A stretch of 64,000 nt of DNA from Candidatus Pacearchaeota archaeon (GCA_038874355.1 JAVZCO010000001.1:159295-223294); one strand, 5' to 3'. Shown: positions 9,094 to 19,118, numbered from the stretch's first letter. Made by a program: numbers and translations. The notes: generated by a model not told the origin, from the sequence alone.

Positions 9094-9939
9094 ATGAATC
9101 AAAAATTAAAAACAACTCTTTTTATTTTAACCTCTTTTATTACTGGTGTATATTTTGGAAATAATTTTTCTATTGATATTAAAATGAAACATAAATCAGA
9201 AGATATAACTAAGAAGGAAGATAGTAAAAGAAATAAATTAATAAATATTATTAAAGAAAATTATAATAATAAAAAAGAAGTTATTAAAACTTTTTCAGAA
9301 GAAAAAAAAGAAGAATTAATCAAAAAGTATGATAAAATTCCTTCTTATTTCCAAGAAGTATTTTTCAGTCCTAATGAAATCCCTAAAGGTTTCTATTTAA
9401 TAGGGTTTGATTACCTTAATCCAAAAGAAGTGGAAACAGAATTTGGAAAGAATACGAAACTTCCTCTTTATATAGAAGATATTATTGAAATAATTTACCA
9501 TAGTGAAAATGAAAATAGAGATATTGGAATCCGCGCATGGAGATATGATAATGATATAAGTCCATCAAAGGGTCTTGACGAGTATGGAGAATTTTTAAGT
9601 GGTGGATCAACTTTTTCTACACTACATTTTTTTAAATATAATAAAGATAAAGATGGGAATAATAAAAATAATATTTCAATAGCACTTCATGATAGAAGAT
9701 TAGAATCTTATTTAGTAAATATGTCTCTTATTTTAAAAGGAATTTCTTCATACCCGCCTGGAGTTGAAGGTGAAGAAGAAAAAAATAGAAGAAAGGATCT
9801 AGTAAAAGAAGTCCAAGAATACATACTTAATATAAAAAATTACTCAAAAAGATTAAATTTATATTTTCCTAACGGGAATAAAGCATATGATGAATTAGAA
9901 AAATATTTAGATGAAATTGGAAAATTAAAATTTGATTAA
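9094..9939 (+). CDS. hypothetical membrane-anchored protein
   Basis: Long ORF with an N-terminal hydrophobic helix and a consensus promoter. No family recognised. Confidence 0.45.
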   Translation: MNQKLKTTLFILTSFITGVYFGNNFSIDIKMKHKSEDITKKEDSKRNKLINIIKENYNNKKEVIKTFSEEKKEELIKKYDKIPSYFQEVFFSPNEIPKGFYLIGFDYLNPKEVETEFGKNTKLPLYIEDIIEIIYHSENENRDIGIRAWRYDNDISPSKGLDEYGEFLSGGSTFSTLHFFKYNKDKDGNNKNNISIALHDRRLESYLVNMSLILKGISSYPPGVEGEEEKNRRKDLVKEVQEYILNIKNYSKRLNLYFPNGNKAYDELEKYLDEIGKLKFD

Positions 9940-10001
9940 AATTCTTTTTTAATTAATTTTAAGGATAAAAAAATGTAAGAATTTTATTAATTGAAATAAG
10001 A

Positions 10002-10589
10002 TTATAATTTTTTTATAATCTTTATATCTTTTATTTTTTCTATTCCGATAGGTTTTATCATTTTTTCTTTATATAAGTTGTATGGTAATGCTCTTATTAT
10101 CTTAGTTTCTTTGCCCCTTTTTTCTATAAACTCTTTTTCAATTTTTTCTATTTCTTTATTTTGTACTTCATAAGATATCAATAAGATCATTCTATAATTT
10201 TTCACTATAACTTCTATTTCTTTATTTTCTTGATTATAACTAACTTCTATTTCGTCATTCCTATATTTATTATTTAATTTATTAACATAATCTATATAAG
10301 AATATTTTTCTAATTGAATTTTAAAATTTTTTTCAAAAATATTTTCAAAATTTTCGTTTTCTTTTTCTTCTAAACTTATATTTTTTATTGTTTCTTCTAC
10401 TAAATCTGAAAGATAAAATTTTATCAAATTTTCTTCTTGTTTTATAAAATTATTTAAATCATAATCCTCTAAAATATTTCTTTCTATTTTATTTTTAGAA
10501 ATGATAAAAATAAATAACATGCTTAAAAATAATGTAATCACGAAAAAAACTATTAAAGTAACATTAATGTCTGCTTTTTTATTTTTCAT
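10002..10589 (-). CDS. pilin-like protein (class III signal peptide-like)
   Basis: MKNKKA/DINVTLIVFFVITLFLSMLFIFII. Overlaps the upstream gene by 11 nt, which suggests an operon. Confidence 0.55.
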   Translation of the reverse strand: MKNKKADINVTLIVFFVITLFLSMLFIFIISKNKIERNILEDYDLNNFIKQEENLIKFYLSDLVEETIKNISLEEKENENFENIFEKNFKIQLEKYSYIDYVNKLNNKYRNDEIEVSYNQENKEIEVIVKNYRMILLISYEVQNKEIEKIEKEFIEKRGKETKIIRALPYNLYKEKMIKPIGIEKIKDIKIIKKL

Positions 10590-11088
10590 TTTTTAAATAA
10601 AAACTTATTTTTATTTTTTCTTTTCCAATAATATATATTTCATTTTTCTTTTCTAAATCAGGATATTCAACTTTAGAATAATAATAACCAGAACCTCTAT
10701 AAGGAAGACTAGATTCGAGGTAAATTTTTTTATTGTCTTCTTCTCCTTTTTTTATTTCAATTTTATAATTATATTCTTTTAAATTTTCTTTTAATGTATT
10801 TTCTATAAACCTCTTTTTATCTTCATCTAATTTATCAGAAGAATAATATTCTTTTATTAAATCTTTAAAAACTAACTCTTCACTTTTATAATTTACTTTT
10901 AAATTTAATATAGAAATTATTTTTTCATAATTTAAAGATTCTGTTTTTAATTTTTCTATATTTTCTTCTACATTCTTTAAAGATAAAGCAATAGTAACAA
11001 TAGTGAAAATAATTATGATAAAAAATATGATGATGAATGCTATAAACCATGTTAAAGTTTCTCCTATTTGTGCTTTTTTATTTTTCAT
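10579..11088 (-). CDS. pilin-like protein (class III signal peptide-like)
   Basis: MKNKKA/QIGETLTWFIAFIIIFFIIIIF. ATGA overlap with the upstream gene. Confidence 0.55.
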   Translation of the reverse strand: MKNKKAQIGETLTWFIAFIIIFFIIIIFTIVTIALSLKNVEENIEKLKTESLNYEKIISILNLKVNYKSEELVFKDLIKEYYSSDKLDEDKKRFIENTLKENLKEYNYKIEIKKGEEDNKKIYLESSLPYRGSGYYYSKVEYPDLEKKNEIYIIGKEKIKISFYLKNEK

Positions 11089-11573
11089 TTTATATCGCTT
11101 AGTAAAATTCTTTTTCCTTTAGCATTAGAAGATGTTAATATTATTAAATTATATAATTTATTTTCTTTGGATACATTTATTTCGCTTTTTACGCAAATTG
11201 GATAATTAATAGCATTTGCTTCTTCTTTTATTTCGCATTGTATAAACATAGATTCTGGTCCTAATATAATTTTTTTATTTTCTTGTACGACTTCGATTTT
11301 AGCACTAAAAAGTTCGCTGTTTAAAGTATTATTATTCAAATTACAAATTTCTAAAATATCTTTTTTTATTTCTTCTTCGCTCTTAGAAAAATTGAAATAA
11401 TTATTTTGCAAACAATGAGAAATTTTTTTATTTAATATTTTACTATCTAAACTCCTATAATCAATTTCTTTATTTGTAAAAATATAAATATTACTTATAA
11501 CTCCAACTATAACAATTATCCATATAAAAAACCACCATATTGTCATTATTTTTTCTATAGCAGTTTTATTCAT
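11085..11573 (-). CDS. hypothetical protein with an N-terminal hydrophobic anchor, possibly a minor pilin
   Basis: MNKTAIEKIMTIWWFFIWIIVIVGVISNIYIF. No clear K-[AG] cleavage motif. Sits in the same operon. Confidence 0.45.
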   Translation of the reverse strand: MNKTAIEKIMTIWWFFIWIIVIVGVISNIYIFTNKEIDYRSLDSKILNKKISHCLQNNYFNFSKSEEEIKKDILEICNLNNNTLNSELFSAKIEVVQENKKIILGPESMFIQCEIKEEANAINYPICVKSEINVSKENKLYNLIILTSSNAKGKRILLSDIK

Positions 11574-11590
11574 TTTATTTTAAATTTGTT

Positions 11591-11998
11591 TTATTTTTTA
11601 TCATAACTTTCTATTTTTAATATAAGATGATTATCTTCAAAGTATGTATTAATCTTAACATTATTAAAAAAATAATATGAATAATATGTTTGTGGATTTA
11701 AAGAAAAATAAACTATTCCTTTTTCATTGTTTATTTTTATTAAATTTTCTTTTTTTAATATACCTTTTTCAATTTCTTTTTCATATTTTTTATATAAATA
11801 ACTTAAATCAAAATAAATTGTTGTATTGGGTTCTGCCGAATTAATTAACAAAGCAATTTCTTTTGCATAATATTGTTCATCTATTAATTTACCATTTGAA
11901 GAATTATAAACAAAAATTAATAACGTGACAAAAATTATCATATTCAAAATTAAAAAGATAATATTTTCTTCTAATAATTGTTGACCTTTTTTATTCAT
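11591..11998 (-). CDS. pilin-like protein (class III signal peptide-like)
   Basis: MNKKG/QQLLEENIIFLILNMIIFVTLLIFV. Confidence 0.5.
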   Translation of the reverse strand: MNKKGQQLLEENIIFLILNMIIFVTLLIFVYNSSNGKLIDEQYYAKEIALLINSAEPNTTIYFDLSYLYKKYEKEIEKGILKKENLIKINNEKGIVYFSLNPQTYYSYYFFNNVKINTYFEDNHLILKIESYDKK

Positions 11999-12315
11999 AG
12001 AGTAATAAAAAATCTATAATTAATAAATATTTCTTAAAAAATCAAAATAAAAAAATTTAATTAATCTATAAAAAGATTCTTTTTTATTTCGAATCGTCTT
12101 GATTTTTATCAATCTTATTTCTCTCCTTATTACTTTGTTATACAGATATAATTTTAAATTTCTCTACTGCTTAAATTCCATAAATTTTTTTATATCCTTT
12201 AAATTGATTTTATTTTTAATTTTTTTTAAACTATTTTTATTAGATCTTCTACCTTCTACTTATTTTTTAAGTGTGCCTCTAATTTTTTTCAAATCTTTAT
12301 TCATAATATAAAAAT

Positions 12316-13524
12316 TTAAGGAATGCTTTCTATATTTCCAGAGCAATAAGTATTTATTGCTTGTGGTTCATATTTTACAACTCTTACAACACTGCAACCA
12401 CTTCTTGCATTTTTTGAAGATGAAGAAACGTCTCCGCAATAACCCATTGATACATGCCTATTATATGCTACATTAACTTGTTGAGCTCCTGCTATTACTC
12501 CTCCTAAAACAAAAGCTATTTTTAAACAATAAGGATTTGTTAAACAAGATTTAGTAAAACTAATTGTATTTCTAGGAGATAAAACAAAAGAACCTCCATA
12601 CATTAATCCTCCTAATTTAGCTAAATTCATTAAAGAATCTGCTACTTTAGGAGCACTAATCTGCATAAAAACAATTGCCAATTGTTCTCCATTCCATTCT
12701 GGTAATTCTCCACCAAAAGAGTATTTAATTTGATCTATTGCTAAAGAGGATTCTTTTTCTGAATTAGTGTCTTCTGATAATTCTGATACATACAAAAAAG
12801 AATTATTTATTATATTGTTTTTAGTTTCATTTGAAACAAATTCTATTTCAACCTGCTCTTCCTCTTCTTTAGTTATCTTTTCTATATCTTTTTTGTAATT
12901 TATATTATTTAAAACATCAAATGATATTTTTGCGAAATCTTCTCCTGCGGAAATATCATTTCCTAACATATAGGTATAATAAGAAACGCTCTTTCCAGGG
13001 ACAGCATGTGTTGCCATGTATTCTTGTACATTCACTTTTTTTATTTCATCCAAACTTATTCTTTCATCTATTGCGATTCTCGAACAAATAATACATGAAG
13101 GATACACCAATCCAAAACCATATCTTGTTGCAATAAACTGAGAAAATAAATCTAATCTTCCTTGCCCCATCATATTCCAGCATTCTAAAATTTCTTGAGA
13201 AATAACTTTTTCAATTCCTTCTTTATCTTTAACAATAACTTTTTCTACTCCTTTTTCTCCAGTAAATTCTTCACAATTACCAAAAACACTATTTGTAATA
13301 CAAACTTTTTTTTCTTTACATTGTAAAGGGGCATAAGATTTGCCAGCATCTAATACAGGAAGGCTAGCAATAGTTCCCCTCATTATAACACTTTGTTTAC
13401 ATGCTTCTCTATCTGTTCTTTGACTTAAGTTCAAATTTATAATAAAGAATAAAAGAATACCAAAAGCTAAGATTAATAAAATTATTGCTACTAATGTAGA
13501 CAAAGTAATTCCTCTTTTATTCAT
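12316..13524 (-). CDS. large pilin-like protein (class III signal peptide-like), Cys-rich
   Basis: MNKRG/ITLSTLVAIILLILAFGILLFFI. 402 aa. Confidence 0.55.
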   Translation of the reverse strand: MNKRGITLSTLVAIILLILAFGILLFFIINLNLSQRTDREACKQSVIMRGTIASLPVLDAGKSYAPLQCKEKKVCITNSVFGNCEEFTGEKGVEKVIVKDKEGIEKVISQEILECWNMMGQGRLDLFSQFIATRYGFGLVYPSCIICSRIAIDERISLDEIKKVNVQEYMATHAVPGKSVSYYTYMLGNDISAGEDFAKISFDVLNNINYKKDIEKITKEEEEQVEIEFVSNETKNNIINNSFLYVSELSEDTNSEKESSLAIDQIKYSFGGELPEWNGEQLAIVFMQISAPKVADSLMNLAKLGGLMYGGSFVLSPRNTISFTKSCLTNPYCLKIAFVLGGVIAGAQQVNVAYNRHVSMGYCGDVSSSSKNARSGCSVVRVVKYEPQAINTYCSGNIESIP

Positions 13525-13716
13525 ATTAAATTCAATAGTATTATAGTTATAAATTTAACTTTTCTATTTTTTATTCTTAAATAGAAATAAAGATTAATTA
13601 ACTTAAAGGAATTCTAAAATATCAAGTCAAATTATTATCTTTTCGATGAGTTGATTTTTAATATTCTACTTAATAAAAAATCTATTTTTTTATCTTAATT
13701 ACTAGTAAATAGGAAT

Positions 13717-14268
13717 TTATTTTTTATTTATTAATAAATTATTAAAAAATCTTTGAAGTTCTGATGTTGGACCTGTATCACAAACAATAGAAATATGCCC
13801 TTCCTTATTTTTATTTATTGTGCAGGGTGTTGATTGATAAATTGCAATAACATTCTCTTCATAATTTTTATTTTTTATTACTAAGTAGTCATCTACAACT
13901 TTACATACCGCTTTAGATTCGTCTAAATAACCATTTAAAGCATTCCAAGGGTTCTTTACAGCAGAAGAATGTGGAGCCAAACATAAACAATATTTTCCAT
14001 TGCAAATATTTGTTGTATTAAAATAAAAATAATAATCTTTTGGTGCGCTAATAATAAAACTTATTGATTGATTTTTTTCTTTATATACTTTAATCTTCCC
14101 CTCTATAATTTCTAAAGTAGACTTTGCTTGTTGAATTTTTGTATTCTGTATAAACATATTAAAAATTAAAATTGATAAAATAACAAGAAAAACTATACAT
14201 ATAATTGCAATTATTATTTTAAGAGTTTCTTCTGGCAATAATGTAGAACTTGCTTTTTTATTTTTCAT
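13717..14268 (-). CDS. pilin-like protein (class III signal peptide-like), Cys-rich
   Basis: MKNKKA/SSTLLPEETLKIIIAIICIVFLVILSILIF. Confidence 0.5.
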   Translation of the reverse strand: MKNKKASSTLLPEETLKIIIAIICIVFLVILSILIFNMFIQNTKIQQAKSTLEIIEGKIKVYKEKNQSISFIISAPKDYYFYFNTTNICNGKYCLCLAPHSSAVKNPWNALNGYLDESKAVCKVVDDYLVIKNKNYEENVIAIYQSTPCTINKNKEGHISIVCDTGPTSELQRFFNNLLINKK

Positions 14269-14615
14269 TTTATTATTAATCTTATTGCAATTATAAATTT
14301 ATTCTTTTTAATAAATTAAATAAAGAATATAAACAATAAGAATAAAAAGAGATAATTTTAAATTACTAAATAAAAAAGAAGATAAAAAATTCGTATACAT
14401 ATTTATTAGGGTTTAAACCGCAAAAATTTATACAACCAATAAAAAAGTAAAGATAGTAATCATTAAAAATATAAATATTATGTTAGTAATTTCATTTATT
14501 AGTAAAATTCTTATAATTTTTAAAAAATAAAATAATACAAATTAAAATAAGAATAAATGAAATAATGTATTTTAAGTATAATAAAATTTAAAAGATTCTT
14601 TTTATTTTATTTTTT

Positions 14616-15956
14616 ATGAATTTTAATAAAAAAATAAATAAATGGATAGCAACTTTGGGATTAGCAACAACATTTTTATTTCCTAATCCTGCTGCTTATC
14701 CTCAACAAAAAAGATATTTGCATTTAGAAAAACCAATTTTAAGAAAAGCAGAAATAAAAGACTCTATTTTTAATAAAGTTAAAGGAACTCTAGAGTTAAA
14801 ATTAGATTATAATCCAGAAAATAAAGAAATTTGTTTTGAAATCTATACTCCTGATTGGAATAAAAAGAAAGAAAATGTTGCTGATTTGGACAAAGAATAC
14901 ATAAATATAAGAGACGATTCTAAATTTTATATGATATGTAAAAGAGAAAATTTCGAATTTGATTATATAACATCAGAAGGTTATTTTATAGAATTAGATA
15001 AGAATAGAAACTCTTTTGGGGAATGGAAAAAATTAATAGATTTCGAAAAAAATCCTGATGCAAAATTAAAAATTCTTATAAGAAAAAAAGCATTATCTAA
15101 TTTCATAAAAGAAACAAAAATTCCTAATTTTATACCTATAATAACAGAAATTTTGGAATATTCTGAACTAAAAAAAGAAGTTGAATTAGAAAAGATAGCA
15201 TATACTATAGGAAAGGATTATGAAGTCAGAGAAATTGAAATAGGAACAGCAGAAGGATTATTTGCTACAAGAAATACTGCTGTAAAGATAAATATAAAAT
15301 TAAGAACAAATCCAGAAACAGAGAAAAAAACTATTTTATTTTATGATATAAAAATGGGCTCTTCAGGAAGTCCAATAGCTTCTTTATCTGCAAATGGAGA
15401 AATTAGTTTTATTGTTCCGGGTGAAAGAGAAAGAAAAGTACAAGAGCAAACACTTGATGATAAAATATTAGCAACTTTGACTGATTATGAAGATAAAGAA
15501 GAATGGCGTAAGTATTTGGGAAGAATTCCATTATCCATAAAAAAATATTTTTTTCAAAAAGAAGATATACCAAATAATTATAGATTAATAAGTTTGTGGT
15601 ATTCTTCTGGACTGGGAATGAAAAGATATTCTGAATTAAAAGAAATTTTTAATAAAGAATTTGATGTGATTATGATTTATGAAGATATAAAAAATAATAA
15701 AAAGGAAATGTCAAAAGAATCTATTTTTATGGTTAGAATGATAAAATATTATAAAGATTTAAAAGAATCAACTTTTTATGAAGATGTTGATATTAGAGAT
15801 GAAATATATGAAAATAAAGAAGATGGAATTGTTATAGAACTTTTAAATAGTTGGGGTAAAGATGTTGAACACATAAAAGTTTCTCCAGAATATTTGAAAA
15901 GATTAAGATTAGAAGAAAATAAAGAGAAATACTCTATAAAGAGAAAATTAGATTAA
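14616..15956 (+). CDS. secreted hypothetical protein
   Basis: Sec-type signal-like N-terminus KWIATLGLATTFLFPNPAAYPQQ. 446 aa. No family recognised. Confidence 0.55.
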   Translation: MNFNKKINKWIATLGLATTFLFPNPAAYPQQKRYLHLEKPILRKAEIKDSIFNKVKGTLELKLDYNPENKEICFEIYTPDWNKKKENVADLDKEYINIRDDSKFYMICKRENFEFDYITSEGYFIELDKNRNSFGEWKKLIDFEKNPDAKLKILIRKKALSNFIKETKIPNFIPIITEILEYSELKKEVELEKIAYTIGKDYEVREIEIGTAEGLFATRNTAVKINIKLRTNPETEKKTILFYDIKMGSSGSPIASLSANGEISFIVPGERERKVQEQTLDDKILATLTDYEDKEEWRKYLGRIPLSIKKYFFQKEDIPNNYRLISLWYSSGLGMKRYSELKEIFNKEFDVIMIYEDIKNNKKEMSKESIFMVRMIKYYKDLKESTFYEDVDIRDEIYENKEDGIVIELLNSWGKDVEHIKVSPEYLKRLRLEENKEKYSIKRKLD

Positions 15957-15961
15957 TAATT

Positions 15962-16558
15962 TTAAGTTATATCATTTTTTTTATTTCTTAAAATTCTATC
16001 ATAGACAGCTTTTGCATAAGATATTCTTTTTTCAGTAGAGCAATAATCAGGATGGCACCTTTCAAATTTATCTTGAAAGGAAATTGTAGCATCTCTAACA
16101 TTATTTTGGTATTTTAAATGATAATAAGCTTCTTTTTCAGTTCCTAGAAGTTCTTTTACTAAAAAGTTTAATTGACATAATAATACTTCCTTCTCTATTT
16201 CATTTGTTCTTTGACCTTCTGGAGTTTTTGTTTTCGGACAATCTTTTAATAATGCATCTTTTCTCTCGTTGTGCCATTGTGCTAATCCAATAGAAGTACA
16301 TTTATTATTTTTACAATCCCCTTCTAAAAAAGGGTCTAAATTTGATTCTTGGATTAAATTTCCTATTATACCCGCTATTTGTTCATCTGTTAAGGTTATA
16401 TTCTTTATATTCTTAAAATATTCATAAATGAGATCTACTTTATTTTCATAGTTAATATTTACACGCGTTGTTTCCACAGGATGCTCTAAAAAGTTTTTTA
16501 TATCGTTTTGTAAACTATATTTTTCTCCTTCTCTTGTTTTTTCTTCATTCTCTCCCAT
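15962..16558 (-). CDS. stand-alone lysozyme-like domain protein (phage-tail-lysozyme / lytic-transglycosylase-like), no signal peptide
   Basis: DEQIAGIIGNLIQESNLDPF...SIGLAQWHNERKDAL...CQLNFLVKEL...ISFQDKFERC...RISYAKAVY. Paralog of the central domain of ORF 16902-18956. Its own TATA-like box lies about 25 nt upstream. Confidence 0.7.
   Translation of the reverse strand: MGENEEKTREGEKYSLQNDIKNFLEHPVETTRVNINYENKVDLIYEYFKNIKNITLTDEQIAGIIGNLIQESNLDPFLEGDCKNNKCTSIGLAQWHNERKDALLKDCPKTKTPEGQRTNEIEKEVLLCQLNFLVKELLGTEKEAYYHLKYQNNVRDATISFQDKFERCHPDYCSTEKRISYAKAVYDRILRNKKNDIT
16197..16388. repeat. 192-nt block identical to 17701-17892
   Basis: Exact identity by eye across the lysozyme-like catalytic core, flanked by strongly diverged sequence. 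Confidence 0.85.
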
Positions 16559-16567
16559 ACAAAATTG
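16523..16567. repeat. 45-nt block identical to 18027-18071
   Basis: Covers MGENEEKTREGE plus 9 nt upstream of the small gene's ATG. The matching stretch is internal coding sequence in the large gene. Confidence 0.85.
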
Positions 16568-16901
16568 ATAGATTTAACTTATATTTTTATGATTGGCCCA
16601 AACTTTAGTAATAAAGAATTTTCTATTTCTAGATCCTTTTAATAAAGATGGCTTATTTTTAATAATTTATAAAGATACTGAAAAAGAACAGATTTATAAT
16701 AAACATTCTATTATAAAAATAATTAAATATTCTAAAGAAATTGATGAAAAATTTATAATAGATGATATTGAAGATTTTGGAAGTAGTGTATTAATAAATA
16801 AAAAAGAAAGAATGATAGTAGAATTGATTAATCGAGAAGAAGAAATAATAACAAAAAATTATTTAAAAAAATTTGATCTAGAAAAAATTAGATAATATAA
16901 A

Positions 16902-18956
16902 TTAAGTTATTTTATAAACAGCTCTTAATTTCTTTATACTTTCGCTACCAAAATTTACAGGTTTTTTATAACCAGAATCATGAATAAATAAAACTTTTTT
17001 TGTTTTTGGATCGTAACCATTCAAGATAACAATATGATAACCGCTATTAGAAACCTCACTTCTAAAAACACCTATATAACCTGATTTTAATATTTCATTA
17101 ATTTGTTCTTTATTGTTTGTATTTATTTCTCCATTTATCAAATAATCATAAATTTTTACCCCTCCATTTTTTAATATCTCTTTTTCTAATAGAGGAACAG
17201 AATCCCTTATCTCTATATTAATTCCAGCTTCTCTTAAAATATTACTCACAAATCTAGCGCAAACAAAATCTTTACAATTCCTTGCTTTATCCTTACAACC
17301 ATATCTTATAGTATCTTTACCAATATAACTATTCGCTATTCTAAGAATATCTCTACTCTTTCCTTCTCCTATATTAGAAGCAAGATAATCGTAAGAAGAG
17401 GGATCAATTTTATAGTTTCTATCCTGAAAAAAAGTGAATAGATTTAATAAAACATTTCTTATTCCACTTATTTCTCTTTCTTTGTGTCTTATTATATTAT
17501 AGAAAGCTTCTGCATATTCTATTCTTTTATTTGTGTTACAAAGTTTCGAATTACATTTTTCATATTCATTTTGGAATAGAATTGTTATATCTCTAACATT
17601 CTTCAATTTTTCCATTCTCTTTAAAACTCTACTTTTATATGGTTCTTTATTTAACTCTTTATTCAAAAAATCAAGTTGACAAAAGATCATTTTTAATTTT
17701 ATTTCATTTGTTCTTTGACCTTCTGGAGTTTTTGTTTTCGGACAATCTTTTAATAATGCATCTTTTCTCTCGTTGTGCCATTGTGCTAATCCAATAGAAG
17801 TACATTTATTATTTTTACAATCCCCTTCTAAAAAAGGGTCTAAATTTGATTCTTGGATTAAATTTCCTATTATACCCGCTATTTGTTCATCTTCATATCC
17901 CAAATCTTTTAAGTAGTAGTAAATAATTAAAGTTTCTTCTTTCAAAACTGTATTTTCTTTAAGTGAAGAAATAAAATTTTTTAAAAAATTTATATAATAT
18001 TCTACTTCACTTATTTCTTTTTCTGTTTCTCCTTCTCTTGTTTTTTCTTCATTCTCTCCCATACAAAATTGGTATTGCCATTTTCTATAAATCATTTTTA
18101 TTTTTTGTGAATATTCATGCCCTATACTCTTTAAAGTTTCTTCTGTTTCTCGATTATGATAATTTTTTCCTGTTTTATATATAGAAAGAATACAAGTGAA
18201 TTTTTCTTCTTCTGTTATTGAATTATAACATTCTTCATATTTTTCATTTTTGTTGTCAAATGCATTCCTTAATTCTTCTCCTAAATTTTTTATTTCTTCT
18301 TCATTCGTATTAAAATTTTTTTCATTGATTATGGAAATTAAAAGTGCTTTAAAAGATTCTTTATTCATAATTCTTGGATATTCTTTAACAATATTTTCTA
18401 CTAAAAACTTTAAAGATTCATTTTCGTAATATTTTTCTATTTCTGAAGGAGATTCTCTTATAATGTATCTATCATCACAAATAAAAGTTATCAATGGTCT
18501 ACATAATTTATTATCTAAAGAAAAATAAGAATTATGTATTCTTCTTAAAATATCTACTTCTGTATAATCGAGTTTATTGTTATAAGATAAATAATAATTA
18601 TCTATTTTTATTTGTTTTTGATTTGAAAGATATCCTACATATAATTCTCTAAGAAACTTTCCACCTGCTTTATAAATTTTATTATCTTTTATATAAAAAT
18701 CTGTTTTTATTTCTTTATTATTATCATAGATATAAATAAAATCTAACTTAATATTTCCAACATAATCCTCTCCAATACAAATTCCTAATTTTGCATATTC
18801 ATCTTTCGTAACATTTATTAAATGATCACTTTCGTTATAAGGTAAATTTTTAAAAAAATCTATTATTTGTGGTCTTGTTAAAAGTATTATAACAAAAACA
18901 ATTACTAAAATTATTAAAACTAAATAAATAGTTTTTTCCATTGATTGCTGAACCAT
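16902..18956 (-). CDS. membrane-anchored two-domain peptidoglycan hydrolase-like protein (lysozyme-like domain plus NlpC/P60- or CHAP-like cysteine peptidase domain)
   Basis: Signal-anchor IYLVLIILVIVFVIILL. Central GIIGNLIQES...GLAQW...R motif set. C-terminal ANSYIGKD...DFVCARFVSNILREAGINI...GYIGVFRS...GYHIVILNGY...FIHDSG (Cys/His pattern). Confidence 0.8.
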   Translation of the reverse strand: MVQQSMEKTIYLVLIILVIVFVIILLTRPQIIDFFKNLPYNESDHLINVTKDEYAKLGICIGEDYVGNIKLDFIYIYDNNKEIKTDFYIKDNKIYKAGGKFLRELYVGYLSNQKQIKIDNYYLSYNNKLDYTEVDILRRIHNSYFSLDNKLCRPLITFICDDRYIIRESPSEIEKYYENESLKFLVENIVKEYPRIMNKESFKALLISIINEKNFNTNEEEIKNLGEELRNAFDNKNEKYEECYNSITEEEKFTCILSIYKTGKNYHNRETEETLKSIGHEYSQKIKMIYRKWQYQFCMGENEEKTREGETEKEISEVEYYINFLKNFISSLKENTVLKEETLIIYYYLKDLGYEDEQIAGIIGNLIQESNLDPFLEGDCKNNKCTSIGLAQWHNERKDALLKDCPKTKTPEGQRTNEIKLKMIFCQLDFLNKELNKEPYKSRVLKRMEKLKNVRDITILFQNEYEKCNSKLCNTNKRIEYAEAFYNIIRHKEREISGIRNVLLNLFTFFQDRNYKIDPSSYDYLASNIGEGKSRDILRIANSYIGKDTIRYGCKDKARNCKDFVCARFVSNILREAGINIEIRDSVPLLEKEILKNGGVKIYDYLINGEINTNNKEQINEILKSGYIGVFRSEVSNSGYHIVILNGYDPKTKKVLFIHDSGYKKPVNFGSESIKKLRAVYKIT
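17701..17892. repeat. 192-nt block identical to 16197-16388
   Basis: See the partner block. Confidence 0.85.
18027..18071. repeat. 45-nt block identical to 16523-16567
   Basis: See the partner block. Confidence 0.85.
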
Positions 18957-18959
18957 TTT

Positions 18960-19118
18960 TTAACCAAATCTAAATAAATTTTTTAAATTTATAACCATCC
19001 CTTTTAGTTTTCCGCTTAATATTCCATAAGCAACAAGTACTAAAAACAAAAATATTAAAATTAAGATTATCTTTCCTAAAAAATCCATCTCTAAATCTGC
19101 TTTTTTTATTTTTTTCAT
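18960..19118 (-). CDS. 52-aa pilin-like mini-protein (start revised to an internal ATG)
   Basis: MKKIKKA/DLEMDFLGKIILILIFLFLVLVAYGIL. The track's longer 73-aa version would overlap the neighbouring small ORF. Lies 3 nt upstream of the hydrolase gene. Confidence 0.45.
   Translation of the reverse strand: MKKIKKADLEMDFLGKIILILIFLFLVLVAYGILSGKLKGMVINLKNLFRFG

Noticed and set aside
12099-12311. 70-aa plus-strand ORF in the 317-bp spacer of the minus-strand pilin operon.
   Set aside because: F/L/I-rich low-complexity product, on the opposite strand to the operon, with no start context. The minus strand there holds only a 14-codon ORF.
16593-16895. 100-aa plus-strand ORF between the two hydrolase genes; I considered it as a possible immunity or partner protein.
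   Set aside because: It has no ATG start (only TTG). The nearby ATG at 16589 is in another frame and terminates after 17 codons. No promoter box lies at the usual spacing. Left unannotated, but conservation in relatives is worth checking.
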